Positions 23,501 through 32,593 of a stretch of 64,000 nucleotides of DNA are shown here, one piece after another (the stretch's first letter is position 1; the number at the start of each line of letters is the position of its first letter). This stretch comes from an uncultured Candidatus Saccharibacteria bacterium (GTDB lineage: Bacteria > Patescibacteriota > Minisyncoccia > Phycocordibacterales > UBA9973), in NCBI GenBank assembly GCA_964527185.1, contig CAZGOI010000002.1, positions 31,513 to 95,512 of the forward strand, written 5' to 3'. A program made the position numbers and the translations under genes. Below the pieces are notes generated by a model, which ran no database searches, was not told the DNA's origin, and was given only the letters and a program-made list of their open reading frames with translations.

Positions 23501-24754
23501 ATGAGTTTATATACCATAGCCTTTTATACACTAGCTTTCTGCTCGGTCTACGTGCAAGTGTATTTTCTGGTTACCTTTTTTGAAAAGAGGCGCTCGATCG
23601 TCAAACACCCAGCCATACTTGATTTAAAAAACTATCCAACGGTCACGATAACCGTGCCCTGCTACAACGAAGAGCATACCGTTAGAAAAACTATCGAGTC
23701 GCTCCAAAAACTCGATTATCCGAAAGATAAGCTCTCGATATTTTTAATAGACGATGGTAGTAAAGACAAAACGTGGGAAATTATAAAAACTTTCAAAGAA
23801 ACACCCGGTATTTCAATTTTTAAAAAAGAAAATGGCGGCAAGCATACGGCGCTCAACTTGGCGCTCGATCATTCGACCTCAGAATTTTTTGGTTGCCTCG
23901 ATTCAGATTCTATAGCCCACGACCAGTCTCTCAAACGCATAATGAAAATGTTTGAAAACGATAAAGAGGCCATGGCTATAGTGCCTTCTATAATCGTCCT
24001 CAACCCGAAAAATATTCTTCAAGGTGCTCAAAAAGTAGAATACGAGATGGCCATCTATATCAAAAAAATGCTTGGTTTTATGGGTGGAATTCATGTTACC
24101 CCTGGGCCGCTTTCAATATTTAAAAGAAAAGTTTTTGACGATTTGGGTCACTATCGCAAAGCCCACAATACCGAAGACCAAGAGATCGCCCTGCGCATGC
24201 AAGAACACGGCTACAAGATCGACCACTGCCCAGACGCGTTTGTCTATACTATTACGCCAAATTCTGTTCAACGATTATACAAACAGCGCTTGCGCTGGGT
24301 CTATGGGTTTATCAATAACGTCGTCGACTACAAACGATTAATATTTCGAAGGAAATATGGCACGGTGGCCTTCTTTACAATTCCTTCAGGGCTCGTGTCT
24401 ATAATATCTGTCTTGTTTATTTTCTCGACACTCATTTACAACATTGCCGCATTTATCTATCACAAGATGGTCCAAGCCCAAGTCGTCGGCGTGACAAACT
24501 TGCCGCCGTTTAAATTCGATTGGTTTTTCTTTGATACAAAAACAATTCTCTTTTTCTCGGTCATACTCTACTTGCTGCTTGTCACTGCTATGATCATCGG
24601 GCGAAGAATGGCCAACGAAAAAAATCCCATAACCATCAACATACTCTATTTTATCGTTATCTATTCTGTCGTCGCGCCATTTTGGTTATTCAAAGCCATA
24701 TGGAATTCTATAATATCAAAAGAATCTAGCTGGGCGCTCGAGCGAGCAGGCTAG
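23501..24754 (+). CDS. Membrane GT2 glycosyltransferase (PgaC/IcaA/cellulose synthase-like)
   Basis: VPCYNEE, DDGSKD, NGGK, DSD, TED, QRLRW; C-terminal TMs; ATG at 23501. Confidence 0.9.
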   Translation: MSLYTIAFYTLAFCSVYVQVYFLVTFFEKRRSIVKHPAILDLKNYPTVTITVPCYNEEHTVRKTIESLQKLDYPKDKLSIFLIDDGSKDKTWEIIKTFKETPGISIFKKENGGKHTALNLALDHSTSEFFGCLDSDSIAHDQSLKRIMKMFENDKEAMAIVPSIIVLNPKNILQGAQKVEYEMAIYIKKMLGFMGGIHVTPGPLSIFKRKVFDDLGHYRKAHNTEDQEIALRMQEHGYKIDHCPDAFVYTITPNSVQRLYKQRLRWVYGFINNVVDYKRLIFRRKYGTVAFFTIPSGLVSIISVLFIFSTLIYNIAAFIYHKMVQAQVVGVTNLPPFKFDWFFFDTKTILFFSVILYLLLVTAMIIGRRMANEKNPITINILYFIVIYSVVAPFWLFKAIWNSIISKESSWALERAG

Positions 24755-24760
24755 GGAACT

Positions 24761-25510
24761 ATGCAAGACCAAAAAACTAACTGGCAAAAAATAATATTGG
24801 TTCTCTTCATCACGGTTACGCTCTTTGCCATCGCTTTTGGCACGTCGCACTATTTTGACACAAAACGAATAGATGAACTACGAAGCATCGAAGATAAAAT
24901 TTCTGTTGACCTAATTTCTTCAGAAACGCAATTTTCTCTTTTGCAGGAACTTTCTTGCACCGACGTTTCGACGACGGCGCTCTCTTCTGAATTAAATTCT
25001 TTGGCCGACAAAATTACTTATAGTGAAAACAATATTGGTAACGACAATTCAAATGTCATAAGCTTAAAGCAATCTTACTCGCTGCTTGAGATTAAAGATT
25101 ACCTATTGATGAAGCGCATTACCGAACGCTGTGGGCAGAAATCTATCTTTGTTCTATATTTTTACAGCAATGACAACTGTGCTGATTGTCTGAAGCAGGG
25201 CTATGTTTTAACCAGCCTGCGCGAAAAATATCCAAACCTACGTGTTTATTCATTCGATTACAATCTAGACTTATCGGCCATCCGATCGATGATTTCTATA
25301 TATAAGGTACCCAACAACCTACCAGCGCTTGTTATAAACGGCAAGGTTTATAGCGGTTTTCAGAGCATTGATACCATCGAAAAGACCTTCCCCCAGCTTC
25401 AAACAATAAAGAAAAAAGAAACTACTCCTAAACCAAGTAGCACTGCGCCAACAACCCAGCCTGTCGACACAAGTAACAGCTCGACAAATCAAACCCCAGC
25501 AAATCAATAA
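24761..25510 (+). CDS. Membrane-anchored protein with thioredoxin-like CxxC domain
   Basis: N-terminal TM, LYFYSNDNCADC, LPALVING. Confidence 0.7.
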   Translation: MQDQKTNWQKIILVLFITVTLFAIAFGTSHYFDTKRIDELRSIEDKISVDLISSETQFSLLQELSCTDVSTTALSSELNSLADKITYSENNIGNDNSNVISLKQSYSLLEIKDYLLMKRITERCGQKSIFVLYFYSNDNCADCLKQGYVLTSLREKYPNLRVYSFDYNLDLSAIRSMISIYKVPNNLPALVINGKVYSGFQSIDTIEKTFPQLQTIKKKETTPKPSSTAPTTQPVDTSNSSTNQTPANQ

Positions 25511-25521
25511 TTTTATTTTTC

Positions 25522-25597
25522 TGGAGCCGCTTCTCGGGCTTGAACCGAGGACCTACGGTTTACAAAACCGTTGCTCTACCAACTGAGCTAAAGCGGC
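25522..25597 (-). tRNA. tRNA-Thr(UGU), CCA encoded
   Basis: GCCGCTTTAGCTCAGTTGGTAGAGCAACGGTTTTGTAAACCGTAGGTCCTCGGTTCAAGCCCGAGAAGCGGCTCCA cloverleaf. Confidence 0.96.
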
Positions 25598-25602
25598 GTG
25601 CT

Positions 25603-26028
25603 CTACTTTATACTATCGCTTTCTACTTCGTGTTCTTTTTTTACTTTCTCCTTTATTCTTTTTATTTTGGCCCTCGATTCAAGAAGAGCTTTTTCAAAGA
25701 ATGAAGGTTTTTTGTTTACCTCTGGAACGACCTCACTTTTTTTAGTAAAACGACTATATACCTTTGGCCATTTCTCTGAAACCCATTTCTTTACTTTTGT
25801 ACTTGCTATGAACCAATACTTTGCTATGGAAACGACTAGGCTCTGCACAATATGTTTCAAAATATGCAGAAATTTATTTTCAACATGATTGAAAGACAAA
25901 TCCGGCATACTTTGGGTGCTCGTTTCTGGTATCGAAACTCGAGAAGTGCGTATCTCCCAAGCCCTATACGAGAGCATTCCGAACGCCACAATTATGGCTA
26001 TAAAAAATATTATGACAATGAGTAACAT
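25603..26028 (-). CDS. Hypothetical single-TM protein
   Basis: MLLIVIIFFIAIIVAFG...; directly follows tsf (ORF track start 26097 overlaps tsf). Confidence 0.7.
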   Translation of the reverse strand: MLLIVIIFFIAIIVAFGMLSYRAWEIRTSRVSIPETSTQSMPDLSFNHVENKFLHILKHIVQSLVVSIAKYWFIASTKVKKWVSEKWPKVYSRFTKKSEVVPEVNKKPSFFEKALLESRAKIKRIKEKVKKEHEVESDSIK

Positions 26029-26029
26029 A

Positions 26030-26674
26030 TTAGCCGATAGAAACACGTATAAAGCGTACCAAATTTGCGCCACTCTGTGCAAGCAGTTGGCCGACATTCA
26101 TATCTGGGTTTTTTATGAAAGGTTGCTCAAGTATTGACCTCTGATCGTCTTTCATAGCCACAAGTTGCATTGCTACATCTCGAGCAAGGTCTTCGTTGCC
26201 TCCTTCAAGCGAGACAACAACGGCACTCTTGCCACCGTGGACATAGCTGCCGAGCGTACTACCGTCGAGCTCTAAAACTTCACCGAGCTTTATCTTCTCG
26301 CCAACTTTTTGAATGACTTGGTTTATGAGATCTATAGATTTATTTTTCATAGCCTCAATGCCTTCATTTAGGGCAATATCGGCAAGGGTATTGGCGAGGT
26401 TTATAAAGTCTTCATTTTTAGCCACAAAGTCTGTCTCACAATGAAGGGTGACGAGGATTGCCCTCCCGTCTGCTTTTCTAGAAACAACCACGCCATCATG
26501 GGCTTCTCGGTCGGCTTTTTTCATGGCGATCGAACTCGATTTGTTTTTAAGAATAATAAGAGCTTTTTCCATATCGCCCTCGGCTTCTTCGAGAGCTTGA
26601 CGACACTGCATAACAGAAACGCCAGTTTTGTCTCGCAATTCTTTAACTTCTTCGGTTGTGATCTTTATCGTCAT
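26030..26674 (-). CDS. tsf: Elongation factor Ts, short form
   Basis: VKELRDKTGVSVMQC, CETDFVAKN, GSYVHGG, LEQPFIKNP. Confidence 0.95.
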   Translation of the reverse strand: MTIKITTEEVKELRDKTGVSVMQCRQALEEAEGDMEKALIILKNKSSSIAMKKADREAHDGVVVSRKADGRAILVTLHCETDFVAKNEDFINLANTLADIALNEGIEAMKNKSIDLINQVIQKVGEKIKLGEVLELDGSTLGSYVHGGKSAVVVSLEGGNEDLARDVAMQLVAMKDDQRSILEQPFIKNPDMNVGQLLAQSGANLVRFIRVSIG

Positions 26675-26676
26675 AT

Positions 26677-27396
26677 TTATTTAGAACTTTTTGCTTCGGC
26701 TATACCTTTTGCCCCTGACATGAAAGCATTTTTAATCTCATCAACGACAAAACTGATACTTGCTACTGATGCATCATTACCGACGATAGGGAATTCAACT
26801 TTTTTCATATCACAATCGGTGTTGAGCAAGGCCACAATAGGCAAACCCATCTTCTTTGCCTCAGTGCAGGCGATATGCTCTTTCTTTGGGTCAACGACGA
26901 AAAGCGCATCTGGTACTTTTGAAAGTCCGGTTACGCCTTGGAAGTTCTCTGTCATGTCTTTCATCTCGCGATCGATCAAAAGACGCTCTTTCTTTGTATA
27001 TTTTTCGAAACCACCCTTTTCTTTTTGTTCACGAAGTTCTAGGAGTTTAGTAATACGCTTTTTGATTTCAGGGAAATTTGTGATTGTTCCACCAACCCAA
27101 CGAGTAGAAACATATGGCAAACCAAGCGCGAGCGCGGCCTCGGTAATTTGTTGGCGAGCTTCCGCTTTTGTGCCGACAAAAAGTATAGTCTTACCACTCG
27201 CTGCCAATTTTTTAACTTCTTCTAGAGCTTTCTCTAGAGTGTCATAAGATTTTTCAATATTTATAATATCGACACCAGCCTTGGTCGCAAATACATAAGC
27301 GCTGGTCGATGGGTGTCTACGACTTTTTGAATATCCGTAATGCAGACCCGAACGAAACATTTTCTCTATAACCGTATTTTGTGTAGTCATTTTCAT
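26677..27396 (-). CDS. rpsB: 30S ribosomal protein S2
   Basis: GLHYG, ILFVGTK, RWVGGTITNF, PIVGND. Confidence 0.96.
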   Translation of the reverse strand: MKMTTQNTVIEKMFRSGLHYGYSKSRRHPSTSAYVFATKAGVDIINIEKSYDTLEKALEEVKKLAASGKTILFVGTKAEARQQITEAALALGLPYVSTRWVGGTITNFPEIKKRITKLLELREQKEKGGFEKYTKKERLLIDREMKDMTENFQGVTGLSKVPDALFVVDPKKEHIACTEAKKMGLPIVALLNTDCDMKKVEFPIVGNDASVASISFVVDEIKNAFMSGAKGIAEAKSSK

Positions 27397-27610
27397 GGTT
27401 GATTAATCCGCCTAATGGCGGATGGGTTTATAATTGTTCCGTTTTTAAGCATTCCAGCTTGTTTACAAAGCCCTCTCAATAAAACTCCCCGCCTGCTCCC
27501 GATGAACGGGAGGGCGGGCAGGCCTCACGAAACACGGGTATATGCTAGCAGAAAAATCATTATTTAGCAACCTTTTGACCGAGAGTCTATTTTAGAGTAG
27601 TATGGTCTGT

Positions 27611-28891
27611 ATGAAGCAATCGCAACTATTTACTAAAACCAAGAAAGAAAGCCCTGCAGATGAAGTGGCCCTGAATGCTGAACTTCTCATAAAGGCCGGG
27701 TTTATAAATAAAGAAATGGCAGGGGTATATGATTTTTTACCGCTTGGTCTTCGTGTTCTAAATAAAATAATTGGCATCATTAGAGAAGAGATGAATGCAA
27801 TCGGCGGGCAAGAAATATTTATGAGTGCCCTACAGAGAAAAGAGTTGTGGGAAATAACAGACAGATGGAACGATGAAAAAATAGATATTTGGTTTAAAAC
27901 AAATTTAAAAATTGATTCAGATTCAGATACTAACCGACCAAAAGAACTAGGCCTTGGTTTTACTCACGAAGAGCCCATAACTAATATGCTAGAGCAATTT
28001 ATTTCTTCATATAGAGACTTGCCGTTTTCGGTATATCAATTTCAGACTAAATTCAGAAATGAAAAACGCCCTAAAAGTGGCATTATGCGCACGCGCGAAT
28101 TTATAATGAAAGATCTATATTCATTTTCAAGAAACGAAGAAGAACACAATCAATTTTATGAACTAACAAAAAAGGCATATAAAAATATTTTTAAACGCGT
28201 AGGCATCGGCCATCTGACATATCTAACCTTTGCTTCCGGTGGGGTTTTTTCAAAATATTCTCATGAATTTCAAACAATCACTTCAACCGGTGAAGACATT
28301 ATTTACGTAGATGAAAATAAGGGTATCGCCATAAATAAAGAAGTATATACTGACGAAGTCATAGAAAATCTTGGTTTGTCAAAAGATGCTCTCGTTGAAA
28401 ACAAGGCTGTGGAAGTGGGGAACATATTTACTCTCGGGCTCCGCTTTTCCGACCCACTAAATCTTAAATATCAAGATGGTAAAGGAGAAAAAAAATCGAT
28501 TTTCATGGGTAGTTACGGTATTGGCCCTGCTCGAATTATGGGTACAGTCGTTGAAGTTCTGTCAGACGACAAGGGTATTATTTGGCCAGAATCGATTGCA
28601 CCATTTAAGGTTCACCTGCTCTCTATTGGCGAAGACAGCGATGTTGCCAAAGAGGCTGAATCTCTATATCAGGATTTTTTGAGTAAAGATATTGAAATTC
28701 TCTATGATGATCGACCTGATATAGGTGCTGGTGAAAAATTTGCAGATGCCGATCTGATAGGTATTCCATATCGCGTGGTCGTTTCAAAAAGAAGCCTTGC
28801 CGATGGCGGATACGAAATAAAAAAGAGAACAGAAGAAAGCGGTAAGATTGTCAGCAGGGAAGATTTACTAATTACACTCAAAAATGTTTAA
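27611..28891 (+). CDS. proS: Prolyl-tRNA synthetase (short, no editing insertion)
   Basis: THEE, YQFQTKFRNEKRPKSGIMRTREFIMKD, EVGNIF, MGSYGIG, GEKFADADLIG; start MKQSQLF. Confidence 0.95.
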   Translation: MKQSQLFTKTKKESPADEVALNAELLIKAGFINKEMAGVYDFLPLGLRVLNKIIGIIREEMNAIGGQEIFMSALQRKELWEITDRWNDEKIDIWFKTNLKIDSDSDTNRPKELGLGFTHEEPITNMLEQFISSYRDLPFSVYQFQTKFRNEKRPKSGIMRTREFIMKDLYSFSRNEEEHNQFYELTKKAYKNIFKRVGIGHLTYLTFASGGVFSKYSHEFQTITSTGEDIIYVDENKGIAINKEVYTDEVIENLGLSKDALVENKAVEVGNIFTLGLRFSDPLNLKYQDGKGEKKSIFMGSYGIGPARIMGTVVEVLSDDKGIIWPESIAPFKVHLLSIGEDSDVAKEAESLYQDFLSKDIEILYDDRPDIGAGEKFADADLIGIPYRVVVSKRSLADGGYEIKKRTEESGKIVSREDLLITLKNV

Positions 28892-29930
28892 AAAGATTTA
28901 TGAAATGTTTTCCAATGATATTGGTGTCGACTTGGGTACAGCTAACACGCTGGTGTATTTGAAGGGGCACGGTATCGTCATCAATGAACCTTCGGTCGTG
29001 GTTGTCAATCAAAAGACGGGTCAGATCGTCGCCGTCGGAACCGAAGCCAAACAAATGCTCGGTCGTACCCCAGGCCACGTGCGAGCTGTGCGACCAGTTG
29101 TTGACGGAGTCATATCCGATTTTGAAGTCACCGAAGAGATGCTTGCCTATCTGATCGGTAAAGCTGAAAAAATTTCTAAAAAATTTATCAGACCACGCGT
29201 CCTCGTCGGTGTGCCGACTGGCATAACAAATGTTGAAATTCGGGCTGTAGAAGATGCAGCGCTCTCGGCTGGCGCACGAGAAGTTCATATCATCGAGGAA
29301 CCGATGGCTGCGGCAATTGGCATTCGTCTGCCAGTCAAAGATGCAGTCGGTTCGATCATAGTTGATATCGGCGGCGGGACGACTGATGTTGCAGTCATAT
29401 CGCTCTCGGGCGTTGTTCGATCAAAGAATTTAAAAATTGCTGGTGATGTACTAAACCAAAACATCATGAACTATATGCGCGACGAATTTAAACTTTTAAT
29501 AGGCGAACGAACAGCCGAGAATGTAAAAATCGCTATCGGTTCAGTCATCGAAGGCGAACCTATGGAAGTCGAAGTTCGAGGTCGGGATTTGGTAACCGGT
29601 TTGCCTCGACAAGTTATCATTACCGATTCTGATGTTCGCGAAGCCATTATGCCATCTATACTTAGTCTTGTTGATGGTATTAAAGAAGTCCTCGAAACGA
29701 CTCCACCAGAGCTTCTCTCAGATATTATGCACAGAGGTTTGATACTCTCGGGCGGCGGGGCGCTTCTGCGAGGTTTTGATATTCTCCTTGCCAATGTTTT
29801 AAAAGTTCCAATATATATCGCCGAAGATCCTCTAACGGCTGTCGCTAGGGGAACGGGCGTGATACTCGATAGCTTCGATGAATTTAAAGAAGTCTTAGTC
29901 AATACTGACAATGCAACTAATCCGCGATAA
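28884..29930 (+). CDS. mreB: Rod shape-determining actin homolog MreB
   Basis: DLGTANT, EEPMAAAIG, DIGGGTT, GGGALL. Confidence 0.97.
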   Translation: MFKKIYEMFSNDIGVDLGTANTLVYLKGHGIVINEPSVVVVNQKTGQIVAVGTEAKQMLGRTPGHVRAVRPVVDGVISDFEVTEEMLAYLIGKAEKISKKFIRPRVLVGVPTGITNVEIRAVEDAALSAGAREVHIIEEPMAAAIGIRLPVKDAVGSIIVDIGGGTTDVAVISLSGVVRSKNLKIAGDVLNQNIMNYMRDEFKLLIGERTAENVKIAIGSVIEGEPMEVEVRGRDLVTGLPRQVIITDSDVREAIMPSILSLVDGIKEVLETTPPELLSDIMHRGLILSGGGALLRGFDILLANVLKVPIYIAEDPLTAVARGTGVILDSFDEFKEVLVNTDNATNPR

Positions 29931-30705
29931 AAGAAAAATACTCGGCCGAAGAAATATGATAAGAAATGCAATAATCGTTGCGATTTTTCTACTCATTTCA
30001 ATAACGGGAATACTGACAAATTTCGGTGGACTTTTTAATTTTATCGGTCGCCCAATATGGAGAGCCGAGAATAATATAACAAATACAATCGGGAACGACA
30101 GCTACCTCTTGCGTAGCAAAGCCTCGGTCTTTGCCGAGAATGTAGAATTAAAAAAAGAAAATACCGACCTAAAAGCTTCGATGGATGACTACCAGATTTT
30201 AAAAAAAGAAAATGACGACCTCAAAGATCTTTTGGGTCGTCTGCCACCAAAATACACATTCACATTGGCAAATATTTTATCGCGGCCGAGTACTTCGCCA
30301 TATGACACCATCATCATAGACATCGGCAATGATTTTGGTTTAGTCGGCGGTGAGCAAGTTTTCGGCAACGCCAATGTTCCGATCGGCGAAATTAGCAAAG
30401 TCTATGCCAAAGATTCTTTGGTTACGCTTTATTCAGACGCAAACCAAAGCACTGAAGCAATGATCGAGAATTCAAATGCCACGGTCACGCTCGTCGGCCG
30501 CGGGGGCGGAAATTTCTTGATGACTATTCCAAACGACTTGCCGTCTGACCCAGGTACGATGATCGTTCTACCAAATGCAAAAACTGAAATCATCGCCATT
30601 GTCGACGGGGTCATTTCCGCGCCGACTGAACCACTAAAGAGGGTATTGTTGCATTCTCCGGTAAATATCCAAAGCATAAAGTGGGTTGAAGTCAAACGCG
30701 ATTAG
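29911..30705 (+). CDS. mreC: Rod shape-determining protein MreC
   Basis: TM plus coiled coil (LKKENDDLKDLL) plus beta domain; follows mreB. Confidence 0.85.
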   Translation: MQLIRDKRKILGRRNMIRNAIIVAIFLLISITGILTNFGGLFNFIGRPIWRAENNITNTIGNDSYLLRSKASVFAENVELKKENTDLKASMDDYQILKKENDDLKDLLGRLPPKYTFTLANILSRPSTSPYDTIIIDIGNDFGLVGGEQVFGNANVPIGEISKVYAKDSLVTLYSDANQSTEAMIENSNATVTLVGRGGGNFLMTIPNDLPSDPGTMIVLPNAKTEIIAIVDGVISAPTEPLKRVLLHSPVNIQSIKWVEVKRD

Positions 30706-30708
30706 GAT

Positions 30709-32034
30709 ATGAAAAGTTTTGATTTTAAAATTGAAAAGAAGATGCCCGGCGCGCTTGGGCGCGCCGGGCAAATTAGAACCCCGCATGGCGATATCAAAAC
30801 GCCGGCCTTTGTGACTGTCGGAACCAAGGCGACAGTCAAGGCCCTAACGACAGAGCAATTGCAAAATATCGGTGCCCAAGCTGTTTTGGCAAATACATAT
30901 CATCTTTATCTACAGCCTGGCGATGAACTCATTCGCGACCTGGGTGGTCTGCACAGGTTTATGAATTGGCCAGGGCCGACGATGACCGATTCTGGCGGTT
31001 TCCAAGTTTTTTCTCTTGGCGCAGCCTATGGCAAAGAGATTTCAAAAGTTATTTCGGTCACTGACCCTTCGCTCCTCATTCCCGAGCGGTCGAGCGTCGA
31101 TGAGGGTGTTCCGCGTCTTGCCAATATTGGTTACGATGGCGTTTCTTTTCGTTCGCATATCGATGGGTCTCTGCACTACATTACTCCGGAAAAATCTATA
31201 GAAATTCAACACAACCTCGGTGCCGATATTATTTTTGCATTCGATGAATGCACTTCACCACAAGAGACTGACAAATACCAAGAAGAAGCTTTGACTCGCA
31301 CCCACTCTTGGGCTAAAAGAAGCTTAGAGAAACATAAAGAATTAGAAATTGCCAAGAAGATACTTTCTCGCGATTCGTACTCTGGCCTGAATACAAGAAA
31401 TAAACATTTGGTAGCGCAGATCGCAGAAAGCACTTCTTCACAATTTCCTCAGGCACTATTTGGTATAGTTCAGGGCGGGCGTTCAGAAAAATTGCGAAAA
31501 GAATCAGCAAGAACTCTTTCGGAGATGCGATCCGTAGGTCCTGAGGGAACCGAGGGATTTGATGGTTTTGGCATTGGTGGTTCATTTGCCAAAGAGGATA
31601 TGTCGACTGCAGTCAAATGGGTCAATGAAATTTTACCCGAAGAAAAGCCGCGCCACTTGCTCGGCATCGGCGAACCAGAAGATCTATTTATGGGTGTTGA
31701 AAATGGAGTCGATCTTTTTGATTGCGTTGGACCGACGCGTTTGGCCCGCACCGGAACACTATTTACAGAAAATGGTAAAATAAATTTGCTAAACGCTACC
31801 TATGTCGACGATTTTAACGCAGTAGAAAAAAATTGCGAGTGTTATACTTGCAAAAATTACACCCTAGCATACCTCTCGCACCTTTTTCGAGCCAAAGAAA
31901 TTCTGGCCTCGACCCTTGCTTCGATTCACAATGTTTATTTTATCACACACCTCGTCGACCAAATGCGCGAGGCGATTTTGAGTGATACTTTTTTTGAATT
32001 TAAGGAAAGATTTTTGAGTAAATATAATATATAA
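30709..32034 (+). CDS. tgt: tRNA-guanine transglycosylase with in-frame insertion
   Basis: NTYHL, TDSGGFQVFSL, FGIVQGG, PRHLLGIG, CECYTC...H Zn site. Confidence 0.95.
   Translation: MKSFDFKIEKKMPGALGRAGQIRTPHGDIKTPAFVTVGTKATVKALTTEQLQNIGAQAVLANTYHLYLQPGDELIRDLGGLHRFMNWPGPTMTDSGGFQVFSLGAAYGKEISKVISVTDPSLLIPERSSVDEGVPRLANIGYDGVSFRSHIDGSLHYITPEKSIEIQHNLGADIIFAFDECTSPQETDKYQEEALTRTHSWAKRSLEKHKELEIAKKILSRDSYSGLNTRNKHLVAQIAESTSSQFPQALFGIVQGGRSEKLRKESARTLSEMRSVGPEGTEGFDGFGIGGSFAKEDMSTAVKWVNEILPEEKPRHLLGIGEPEDLFMGVENGVDLFDCVGPTRLARTGTLFTENGKINLLNATYVDDFNAVEKNCECYTCKNYTLAYLSHLFRAKEILASTLASIHNVYFITHLVDQMREAILSDTFFEFKERFLSKYNI
31345..31447 (+). repeat. Intragenic palindromic insertion (tgt)
   Basis: GAAATTG-AAGAAG-CTTTCT-GCGAT ... 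ATCGC-AGAAAG-CTTCTT-CAATTTC complementary blocks. Confidence 0.75.
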
Positions 32035-32103
32035 CAAAGTACTTGCGGGGTTTTATACCTGTGGTATAATGATACTTCATTAACAATAAACTAATATAAT
32101 TAC

Positions 32104-32520
32104 ATGTTTAACTTTAACAAGAAATTTAATGCCAAAAGAGAAAATGCTCAAGCAGAGGAATCTGAAAAACAGCGTGATGAACTTATAAAGAAATTAGATG
32201 AAAAAGTTTCTGCTGTAAAAGATAAAGCGCAAGCGTTGTCTTGTATAAAAGAGTTATATATGAATTTTAAAGAAAAGATTGAAAAGGAACATAACGATCC
32301 AAAAGAAGGAGGGAGTCTTTTTATTATACAAGCAATTAAAAGACTTATGCGTCAGTTTGAATTGTCAGAGTTGGAAGTTAATAATTTAGTTGGAGAGCAA
32401 AGATGGCTTGCATCTGACAGAACCGGCCTCAATATGGGTGAAGAATCTAAAGTTGGCACAGAACCATATAAACAATCAGGCATGGAAAAATATTTAACTG
32501 ATACTACTGATAATAAATAA
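32104..32520 (+). CDS. Hypothetical protein
   Basis: 138-aa charged ORF with own TGG-TATAAT promoter. Confidence 0.6.
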   Translation: MFNFNKKFNAKRENAQAEESEKQRDELIKKLDEKVSAVKDKAQALSCIKELYMNFKEKIEKEHNDPKEGGSLFIIQAIKRLMRQFELSELEVNNLVGEQRWLASDRTGLNMGEESKVGTEPYKQSGMEKYLTDTTDNK

Positions 32521-32593
32521 TCGGAATATTTCCTCATCATTGGTAGACTGTTTTTTTATTTCAATTTGACACCTATGCTATCATAGATAATAG

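Noticed and set aside
24700-25521. A cassette array at tRNA-Thr like the one at tRNA-Ala
   Set aside because: No duplicated tRNA-Thr 3' end or repeat was found by eye downstream of it.
27910-27945. Extra residues IDSDSDTNRPK in ProRS as another palindrome
   Set aside because: Only a short GATTCA tandem is present, with no inverted arms.
31530-31560. GGTCCTGAGGGAACC in tgt resembling the element core
   Set aside because: Too short and lacks long arms; could be chance.
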